Positions 53,270 through 60,811 of a stretch of DNA of 64,000 nt are shown here, piece by piece (the stretch's first letter is position 1; every line of letters starts with the position of its first letter). The DNA is taken from contig CAWEHK010000050.1 in NCBI GenBank assembly GCA_963808625.1, forward strand, positions 1-64,000, written 5' to 3'. The stretch comes from an uncultured delta proteobacterium. GTDB lineage: Bacteria; Desulfobacterota; Syntrophobacteria; Syntrophobacterales; Syntrophobacteraceae. The notes beneath the pieces are model-generated. The model was not told the origin of the DNA. It saw only the letters and a program-made list of their open reading frames with translations, and did no database searches. The translations under genes and the position numbers were made by a program.

Positions 53270-53658
53270 TACTGGCTGGCCTTGGTTGCCTTGCAGACGG
53301 ACTCGCACGTCCATAGCCCCAACTGTTGGCGGGCGCTCAGCGTCTGTTCCGTGAAAAGGCAATTGCAGTTGCGACGGATTCTTTCGATTCAGTTCTGCGT
53401 CGGAACCGATTTCTTCGAAGCGACTTGTAATATCGTCTACAGGCCCCAGTTTTACTCCAATCCATCGACGCCGTTTGATTTCAGCCACTACGTAGGTGGT
53501 CCCTGAACCACCGAACGGGTCAAAGATGATATCTCCCTCTTCGGAAGCCATCTGCATAATTCTATCGATCAGCTTAACGGGGACAGTTCATTGGAACCTC
53601 TGCGCTTCTTGTATTTGGAATGACGCACAGGAGCGATATCCATCCAGACATCAGTCAA
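53270..53658 (-). pseudogene. C-terminal relic of a beta-class N4-C/N6-A DNA methyltransferase (BamHI-type-like)
   Basis: LTDVWMDIAPVRHSKYK...NELS, then IIFDPFGGSGTTYVVAE...WIG (motif I). The catalytic N-terminal half is absent and the relic is frameshifted. Confidence 0.75.
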
Positions 53659-54135
53659 TTCATCAGTAAGATGTTCATCGCCCTGCCCCGTTGCAGCCCA
53701 TTGCTTATGCCTCACCTCGAAATAGGAATCATCCAACAATTGAATGAACCAATTGATCGTACACTCTTTCGACTTCCAACTCGTGATCACGGCTTTTCTT
53801 GTTCTCCCGGCTATCACGATGGTTAACAGCACAATCAGGACCACAACAGCCATCAGGGCAAACACAGGAACACTCCGCCCTGAAAATGAGGGAATCGCCA
53901 AGATAAATCCCAGAGACGATAGAATGAGACTCAGAAATGCTTTGTTCCGCTGATGCGCAAAATCGGTAATCGCTGAGTGATCGAACAAAGCCCGAATGAC
54001 TCCGGGTTGATCACTCCAAATGCAACTGCTGTTGATTACTGACGTTGGGGCAACACTGAGTACCCCCCAAAGCGCCACGATAGCGCCGAGGGTGATGAAG
54101 CACCTGGAGAGGAACGGATATGAGATCGTGACCAT
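53569..54135 (-). CDS. Hypothetical membrane protein fused in frame to the methyltransferase relic
   Basis: Three hydrophobic segments; the junction ...EHLTDE|LTDVW carries the repeated ACTGATG. Confidence 0.5.
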   Translation of the reverse strand: MVTISYPFLSRCFITLGAIVALWGVLSVAPTSVINSSCIWSDQPGVIRALFDHSAITDFAHQRNKAFLSLILSSLGFILAIPSFSGRSVPVFALMAVVVLIVLLTIVIAGRTRKAVITSWKSKECTINWFIQLLDDSYFEVRHKQWAATGQGDEHLTDELTDVWMDIAPVRHSKYKKRRGSNELSPLS

Positions 54136-54269
54136 TGGAAAAAGCTCTCCGCCTACAGGTTGGCCCGCGGTTGAACGCTGAGAAGCCCAACAAAGGGAAA
54201 GGTTGCTCATCAATGCTATGTTCAGAATAATTTGACGTTTTCCATGGGTGATTCGGTCGGGTGTGGGAA

Positions 54270-54400
54270 AGTCCCGTGCTGGAATCCATAAACGATGGGT
54301 GCAAGCGCCAGCACCACGATGCCGACGATGACGGTGAGCGGCAGCCCCACTTTGGCAAAATCAATGAAACGGTATCCGCGCGGTCCCTGGACCATCAGAC
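54270..54400 (-). pseudogene. C-terminal fragment of an SLC13/TrkA-C-type permease
   Basis: LMVQGPRGYRFIDFAKVGLPLTVIVGIVVLALAPIVYGF matches the typical (N)LMVxGPGGYRFxDFxxVGLPL terminus; truncated exactly at repeat copy 2. Confidence 0.65.
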
Positions 54401-54480
54401 GGTCACGGTTATCGCACCGCTGCTGCCCGTGTTTACCATCTTCATCATGCAAAAGTCGCCATTACGCGGTAACTGATGCA
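54401..54480 (+). repeat. 80-bp direct repeat, copy 2
   Basis: Matches 52101-52180 at an offset of 2300 bp. Confidence 0.9.
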
Positions 54481-54658
54481 GGGGAGAAGATGCCACCCTT
54501 TTTCCTCCTTCTGGAGTGGGTCCAAGCCGCGAACGGAAAATCCCGATGGAATTCCGAACATCAGGGAAGGATTCCGCGAAGCTGGACCAAAAAGGGCGGA
54601 AGAGACTTTGCGTCTTTACCGCCCTGAAGTTGACCGGATGGTTGAGAAAACCGATTCG

Positions 54659-55081
54659 CTACCGCTTGACGATGAGAACAGGAGTCTTGCACTTGCGAAC
54701 CACCTTCTCGGCAGTCGAGCCCATCAGCATTTCAACGATATTGCTCTTCCCATGGGAACCCATGATGAGCAGAGAAAGATCACTCACTTCCTTTTCCATT
54801 TCCAGAATTTCCTTGAACGGGACTCCCACCCGAGTGGTGGTCTGCACCTTAAGTCCAAACCCTTCCAATTCCTTGGCCAGGGCCTCCATGCTGTTCTTGG
54901 ATTCCTCCTCCAACTGGCTCCTGATCGAATCGACATACCCCGCCTCGATCAGAGTCCGGTTATCGATCACATGAAGAGCGATCACCTCCTCAGCGCCACC
55001 CGCTTTCAACTGTTTGAGGTATTCCAGTGCCTTCCTGGAGATTGGCGAAAAGTCCGTAGGGAAAAGAATTTTCTTGAACAT
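54659..55081 (-). CDS. Universal stress protein (UspA family)
   Basis: KKILFPTDFS...LLIMGSHG...MGSTAEKVVRKCKTPVLIV. Confidence 0.93.
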   Translation of the reverse strand: MFKKILFPTDFSPISRKALEYLKQLKAGGAEEVIALHVIDNRTLIEAGYVDSIRSQLEEESKNSMEALAKELEGFGLKVQTTTRVGVPFKEILEMEKEVSDLSLLIMGSHGKSNIVEMLMGSTAEKVVRKCKTPVLIVKR

Positions 55082-55276
55082 CTTTATTCCTCCATTTCTT
55101 TAAAGAAGCAGAACTTGACAGTGGAGATTTCGGCGCATGGAACGCAGGGCTGAATGTGAAACCGAGCGTCTGCACCGTACCTTTGGAAACACAAGTAACA
55201 AGCACTCCGCAGCAGCAGACAAGGGGAACACATGCCTCCCCCCATATTGAGCGGCGGCAACCTTTGCCTTCACGAA

Positions 55277-55675
55277 TCACTCCATGGGTTCGTCAAAGCC
55301 CCACGGGCCCCACATCCCCCAATCCATGTCCATGTTCGTAGTCGTTTGTGCGGAATAGAGTTCTTCCCTGGCGATCTGCTTCTCGAGGGCAAATCTCTGG
55401 AAGCGTTGATAGGCCTTCTCGTTGCCGAGGTACATACATTTGCAGGCGGTCGCATCGGCATACAGGTAAATCATCCTGCCGTTCTTTACACCAGGCATCA
55501 CCTTTTGTTGGGGGAGGCCCTGCAACGCAGCAAGTTTCTCGGGGGTATCGGCGAGTTTCATCCTGAAGCCCGCCGCCGCCAGCATTTGTTCCTTATCCAG
55601 AGTTTCGCCTTTTTGAGTGGTCGCACAACCAATCAGAGTAATGGCTATCATTAAACCAATCGCCATGCTCTTCAT
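55277..55675 (-). CDS. Hypothetical lipoprotein
   Basis: Lipobox LIGC; LAAAGF...YLYADATACKCMYLG. Confidence 0.7.
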   Translation of the reverse strand: MKSMAIGLMIAITLIGCATTQKGETLDKEQMLAAAGFRMKLADTPEKLAALQGLPQQKVMPGVKNGRMIYLYADATACKCMYLGNEKAYQRFQRFALEKQIAREELYSAQTTTNMDMDWGMWGPWGFDEPME

Positions 55676-55786
55676 AAGACAGTCTCCTTTCACTCACGCC
55701 ACTCCCGTTATCCTGCTCTCATTCCCCCGGCCGGCATGGAAGCAAGTCAGCGCTTCTCGACCGTCGGCCGGGGGTCTCCGTGCGGC

Positions 55787-56320
55787 TCACCTCTCCACGG
55801 GATCGGCCCAGATGGACGTGGGGCTCTCACCCCCTCCGCCGAATACCTGGCCATTGTAAGTAAATGCCATGCAGGTAGCCCGCGGGGGCAGGAGCACCGG
55901 GGTGTTGAAATTTATTGAACTGGAGGAACTCTGATCCGAGGCTGCGGTCAATCCTTGCTGCATCAGAACTCTTCCCTGGGCGTCACCAAGCAGCAAGCCC
56001 AGATCGAAAGAGGCTACGGAATTGAAGTTCATGGTAATGGCAGAACCGAACTGCACCGTTCCGCTCATCTGGAGATTGCCGCCGGACACGGTGTATTGGT
56101 AATTCACCGTAACGTAGCCATCGGAAAACTGCCCGGACTGCGGCCCTGTCTTAACGAGCTTGATCTGAGCCGCCGGCTTGATGGTCTGTCCCTTAGCGCT
56201 GGTAGACAACATGGTTCCCTGACAGCCGGTCAGGAAGACCCCCACCACCAACAGCGCCAGAAGAACGCCACTCAGATGCTTCATCCTGTAAAACTGAATC
56301 GATGCCCTTGGCGACTTCAT
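55787..56320 (-). CDS. Hypothetical lipoprotein
   Basis: RBS GGAGG, lipobox LTGC, beta-rich mature domain. Confidence 0.7.
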   Translation of the reverse strand: MKSPRASIQFYRMKHLSGVLLALLVVGVFLTGCQGTMLSTSAKGQTIKPAAQIKLVKTGPQSGQFSDGYVTVNYQYTVSGGNLQMSGTVQFGSAITMNFNSVASFDLGLLLGDAQGRVLMQQGLTAASDQSSSSSINFNTPVLLPPRATCMAFTYNGQVFGGGGESPTSIWADPVER

Positions 56321-56449
56321 GTTTCTGCCTCCCTTTGCTGAAATCATCTTATCCTATACCGCATCATCCCGCAATCGCCACCGAGAGCGGGCGGACGGTC
56401 TCACTCTTTCTCAAGGGTACCAAAGCCTCCGGGCAATCTCTGCCCTTCC

Positions 56450-57973
56450 TCACTCCGGGGAGGCCAATGCCTGAGCCAATGGGCTCTTGCGCTCTTTAGG
56501 CGGCTCTTCCATCGCCCCATACGAGGCCGCCGGTGCGGCGTCGAAACTGCCCCCCAGGGCGAGGTGCAGATTGATCCGATTGGCGAGCAGAGATTGCCGC
56601 AGCTTGATCAGCGTCGCCTGGCTCGCAAGCTGAACTTCCTGAAGCTGAAGCACCGACAGCATGTCCATGGAGCCGGCCACGTATTTCAGTCTGGCGATTT
56701 GCACAGCCTCGGTGCGTTCCTTGAAAACCTTTTCGTCGTACGGGAGGCTTTGGGCAAAGAGGTCCTCGTTCATCAATGCGTTTTCCACCTCGCGGAACGC
56801 GATCAGGGCAACGCCGCCGTAATGAGCCACCGCCTGTTCCTGCTGGGCGGTAGCGATCTTGATCTGAGCCACCAACGCCCCGCCCTGGTAAATCGGCACC
56901 GTCATGCCGATGGCGCTGTGGAAAAGCCACGGGTTGAGGAACAGAAGGGAGAGCATGCGGTCGCCCAGGTGCCCTCCCTCCAGGGTGAGCGAGATGTTAG
57001 GAAGGAGCGCCAATTGTGCGGCTTCCTGTGTGCGGAATGCAGCCAACACCTGGCGCTCGGCAGAGACCAGGTCCGGCCGCCGTGCAAGCAGCGAGGAAGG
57101 GAGCCCTGCAGGCACAGGTGGAGGCAGCGGCGCGAAGGTATCACTCACCTCCAGTTCCGCCGCGGGATAACGCCCGACGAGCACCTCCAGGTTGCGTCGT
57201 GCCGCCCCGTACAAACTCTGGGCGAGGCGAAGCCGGCTCTGGGCTTCATTGAGGTTTGCGCTCGCCTCCGCCACATCGAGGTCGGCGACCTTGCCTGCGG
57301 TTCTTCTCACTTTCACCAGGTTGAGAAGCTCAGCATAGATGGCGACGCTCCGCTCAGCGAGTGCAAGGAGTTGGCGAGCTTCGATGGTCAGGTACCAGCT
57401 TTTGGCCGTTGTCGCTGCCAACGATTGGCGGGCGAAAGCATAATCCAGGGCGGTGGCCTGAAAGCTGGCCTCGGCGGCAGCCCGCTGCGCCCTCAGCCGT
57501 CCCCAAAGGTCGATCTCCCAGGAGATCAACCCATATTCCGTGTTGCTATCGGAGCGTTTGCTCTCAGCTGGATCGCGCGTGACGGAGGCGCCGATCACCG
57601 CATTGACCTGCGGCTTCAGTTTGGAGCCGATCACCACGACATTCTGCTGTGCCACCTCCACCTGGCTGGCGGCCTGGCGCAGATTCAGGTTGTTTCTGAT
57701 GGCCTCGGCGGCCACAGCGTCGAGGCCGGGGTCGTTAAAAAACTTCAACCAGTCGTTGGTGACCTCACCATCCGCTCCCGAATCGCTGCTCCAAACCGGG
57801 GGAATCGTGGTCCCCTGGGGCAAGGCTTTGACCACCAGCTCCGCAGACGAGGGCGGCCTGGTGAGGGCACAGCCCGAAAGCGCCGTCGCCAGCGCGCACC
57901 ACACCGCCAGCGCCGACCACCCGGCTGCCAGGATAGCCCATTGTTTGATTTTGCGTTTACGGGATTTCACCAT
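56450..57973 (-). CDS. Outer membrane efflux factor (NodT/TolC-type lipoprotein)
   Basis: Lipobox LSGC, SWEIDLWGRLR, GLPSSLLARRPD, AFREVENAL, LHLALGG. Confidence 0.92.
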   Translation of the reverse strand: MVKSRKRKIKQWAILAAGWSALAVWCALATALSGCALTRPPSSAELVVKALPQGTTIPPVWSSDSGADGEVTNDWLKFFNDPGLDAVAAEAIRNNLNLRQAASQVEVAQQNVVVIGSKLKPQVNAVIGASVTRDPAESKRSDSNTEYGLISWEIDLWGRLRAQRAAAEASFQATALDYAFARQSLAATTAKSWYLTIEARQLLALAERSVAIYAELLNLVKVRRTAGKVADLDVAEASANLNEAQSRLRLAQSLYGAARRNLEVLVGRYPAAELEVSDTFAPLPPPVPAGLPSSLLARRPDLVSAERQVLAAFRTQEAAQLALLPNISLTLEGGHLGDRMLSLLFLNPWLFHSAIGMTVPIYQGGALVAQIKIATAQQEQAVAHYGGVALIAFREVENALMNEDLFAQSLPYDEKVFKERTEAVQIARLKYVAGSMDMLSVLQLQEVQLASQATLIKLRQSLLANRINLHLALGGSFDAAPAASYGAMEEPPKERKSPLAQALASPE

Positions 57974-58000
57974 TCTCTTCTCGCCACTGCCTCCAGCTCA

Positions 58001-59152
58001 TCAAAAAGGAAGCGGATACAGCCAGTTGAGCCACGAATAGGTGCGGATAACGATCCGGCGAAGACCGGCAAAGCCTCCGCCTTTCGTGTAAATCGCGGCG
58101 GCCCCCTGGGCGCCGATGGGAAACTTGGACTGGTCCAGGTCATCCATCAGGATGGCCACGGCGAAGCGCCCCTGGGGCATTTCCGGCGGCTGCGGTTGGA
58201 ACTTGGGAAGGGAACCGCTCGGCAGCATCTGCCCTGCACCGCTCCCTCGCCAGATGCTCTCCACCTTCCCCTTGAAGATTTGGCCGGGGCAGAGGTTGAG
58301 CGCGATTTCCAGGGGCTGCCCGGCTTTCACGTATTTGAGGCTTTCCTGAGAGTAGGTGGCGAGCAGATATCGGTCGGCGTCGCAGATGAACGAAGCGATC
58401 GCACCGATACGCCAGTCACCCGACACCATTCCCGACCGGACCTGCAGATTGAAGATGCGGCCGTCCTCAGGGGCCACCAGGGTGGTGTTGTCCAGGTAGT
58501 AGAGGGCCTGATCGAGCTGGGCCTGAATTGCGGCCACCGTAGTGTTCACGCCGTCAATCTGAGATTCGTAGCGGAGGCGGGCGCGCTCGACTTCCGCCAG
58601 TGCTTCCTTGACGGCAGCCTCCTGCACCTTCACCTGGGCGGTCCACTTCTGGAGATCTTCTTCAGTGCCGGCGCCCCTCTTCGCCAGATCCCGGGCCAGC
58701 AATTGTTGATAATTCGCATACTCGAGCTCGCTCTTCGCCTTGGCGACCTTCTGCACCGCTACTTCTACATCGGCCTTGAGCACCCGGACGTTTTGTTTGG
58801 CTTCAGCGAGCTTGGCCTCGAGTTGCTTGACCTGGTACTCGTAGGGTCGCCGGTCGAACTGGAAGAGCGGCTGTCCCTTCGTGACCGGGACGTTGGGCTC
58901 AACCAATACCTCGGTGACGAGGGTCGGCTCGGGCAGGCGCGGGACGAGCTGGATGGTGTGCTGGATCATCTTCGCATCCGTCGAGTAGGGCGTCACAAAC
59001 CGCAACCCGATGACAAAGATGAGAAACACATGTATGCCGACGAAGGCCGAAACGAGGCCCCAGAGGATGCTGAACTTGATCAGCTTGAACCGGAAGAAAA
59101 CCAGCCAGACGATGAGAAGGTAGCCAAAGGTTATGAGCAGTGCCAGAACCAT
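58001..59152 (-). CDS. HlyD family periplasmic adaptor (YibH/YiaV-like)
   Basis: N-terminal TM helices, VTKGQPLFQFD, TTLVAPEDG, coiled-coil hairpin. Confidence 0.9.
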   Translation of the reverse strand: MVLALLITFGYLLIVWLVFFRFKLIKFSILWGLVSAFVGIHVFLIFVIGLRFVTPYSTDAKMIQHTIQLVPRLPEPTLVTEVLVEPNVPVTKGQPLFQFDRRPYEYQVKQLEAKLAEAKQNVRVLKADVEVAVQKVAKAKSELEYANYQQLLARDLAKRGAGTEEDLQKWTAQVKVQEAAVKEALAEVERARLRYESQIDGVNTTVAAIQAQLDQALYYLDNTTLVAPEDGRIFNLQVRSGMVSGDWRIGAIASFICDADRYLLATYSQESLKYVKAGQPLEIALNLCPGQIFKGKVESIWRGSGAGQMLPSGSLPKFQPQPPEMPQGRFAVAILMDDLDQSKFPIGAQGAAAIYTKGGGFAGLRRIVIRTYSWLNWLYPLPF

Positions 59153-59164
59153 GGCAAGGGTATC

Positions 59165-59545
59165 CTATTTATGCGGTTCATTGCGTGAAGGGGTTGGCGG
59201 ATCTTTGGGCCCCGGTGTTTTTTGCGCTTCAGTCTTGCCGGTGAGCCTGGCGATTTCCTCCTCGATGTTCCGAGCCTCCTCCCTGGGGAAGGAGCGGACG
59301 TCAATGACGTTGGTCGGCTTGAACGCCCAGATCAAGGCCTGGATCCACGGCACGATCGCCAGGAAACCGACCCAGCCCATCAGGTTCACCGCCTCGGCCT
59401 CCGGGTGCCTGCGGGCCAGGGCGATGCGGCCCGGCAAGCCGAGAATGAACACGCCGACGGCCAACACCGCAATCACACAGGCAAAGATCGCCCCAAACGT
59501 GAGGTAATCCCAGATGTCGGGCTGAAAGCCCAGCATAGCCAGCAT
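59165..59545 (-). CDS. DUF3302 family inner membrane protein (YibI/YiaW-like)
   Basis: LPGRIALARRHPEAEAVNLMGW...WIQALIWAF. Confidence 0.88.
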   Translation of the reverse strand: MLAMLGFQPDIWDYLTFGAIFACVIAVLAVGVFILGLPGRIALARRHPEAEAVNLMGWVGFLAIVPWIQALIWAFKPTNVIDVRSFPREEARNIEEEIARLTGKTEAQKTPGPKDPPTPSRNEPHK

Positions 59546-59597
59546 AGCGTGCTTCTCCTTTCTCCATATCCAAGGGCCCCACGGCGCATCTGCTACT

Positions 59598-59897
59598 TCA
59601 GGGTTTCGATGGCACCGCTGAGCCCTGACTACCGCTTTCCGTCCTGGTCACCGGCACCACCGAATCATCCAGGGTCAGCACGTACATCCCTATTGCCGCC
59701 AGCATCAGGGCGATGACCAACCACGTCCGCCAGTCTTTGTGAAATTCTCCCTTGGCCGAGGTTTCTGGCCCCGAAGAAATCGGTTTCCGGTTCTTTGACT
59801 TTTTGGAGCCTGCTGGAGTCATTCCGGGATATCCCCTATCCTTTGAGTTGATGAGAAGTTTCAACGCTCTTACCACCAGTGGGAGGAGACCTGCCAT
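59598..59897 (-). CDS. Small hypothetical membrane protein (start may be ~59823)
   Basis: HKDWRTWLVIALMLAAIGMYVLTLDDS, a single TM segment. Confidence 0.55.
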   Translation of the reverse strand: MAGLLPLVVRALKLLINSKDRGYPGMTPAGSKKSKNRKPISSGPETSAKGEFHKDWRTWLVIALMLAAIGMYVLTLDDSVVPVTRTESGSQGSAVPSKP

Positions 59898-59910
59898 TTC
59901 CCTCCCGACT

Positions 59911-60060
59911 AGTGTCGAGCTTCAGCCATGGATGTCATCAACCGTCATTCCCGAAAGCTTCTCGTCGGCAACCCAGCTTTTGACCTTTTAAAAGCTGGAT
60001 TCCCGCTCAAAAACCCTGCGGGTTGACAGTTGGTTACAGCCATGGCTGAAGCTCGACACT
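59911..60060. mobile_element. 150-bp MITE-like element with perfect 21-bp terminal inverted repeats
   Basis: AGTGTCGAGCTTCAGCCATGG (59911-59931) and CCATGGCTGAAGCTCGACACT (60040-60060) enclose GTCATTCCCG.../CTGGATTCCCGC... palindromic units. Confidence 0.75.
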
Positions 60061-60567
60061 GATCGGGTCTTTCCATGTCCCCGGCACTCCAGAACACCTC
60101 GATCCTAAAGCGCTCATCAGCTAATGCATTCGGGCCTTCTTGATCCCTGATAAGGCGGATTGGAATCACAGCGGCATGCTCCTGTGGAGTTGATTCGCTT
60201 TGCCTGGTGGTGAAGCATGGATTCAAATCAGGTTCACGAAAAGATTCTGCCATTGATTCAAAAAGGGCTTCTCATGGGGTTATTGAAAGAAAGGCAGAGC
60301 CATTGCTGACCCTGCCCGCTGCAAAAGGTATGGTGTAAAACACTGGCGGCATTAAAAGATGGGCGAGGTTAAAAAAAGGTTAAAATTGCGCAAGCGGCAA
60401 GCTGGCTCCTGGCGTGGCTGAGGGGATCATCCCCGCCGTGAAAAGTTCCAAAAGTTAGAGAAATGATGCGCAACAGGCCGTGTTTTTTTCTGCGGTAGGC
60501 TGCTTAAATGGAGCCCCCTCATGGGACTCGCTAAATACAACAATGCAACCGGAGCACTGAATCATCC

Positions 60568-60625
60568 TGTGGTGCAGGCTTTCCAGCCTGCCAGTGGGAT
60601 GGCAGGCTGGAAAGCCTGCACCACA
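60568..60625. repeat. REP-like inverted pair
   Basis: tgtggtgcaggctttccagcctgcca ... tggcaggctggaaagcctgcaccaca. Confidence 0.8.
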
Positions 60626-60699
60626 TAATCAGATGCTGCCTATTTGGGGGCAGCCACTAATCAAAAGAACCGCAAAACCATTTCTATCATCAGCGCGGC

Positions 60700-60768
60700 G
60701 CGCTCCGCACCTCACCCTGCACGCCGCCTGCTACGCTTCGGCGGCGTGCAGGGTGAGGTGCGGAGCGC
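60700..60768. repeat. Perfect 29-bp GC-rich inverted repeat with an 11-nt loop
   Basis: gcgctccgcacctcaccctgcacgccgcc-tgctacgcttc-ggcggcgtgcagggtgaggtgcggagcgc. Confidence 0.9.
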
Positions 60769-60811
60769 CATCCGGTGCGTGGTAAAAAAACGTTGCCAAG
60801 GGTCCAAGGGC

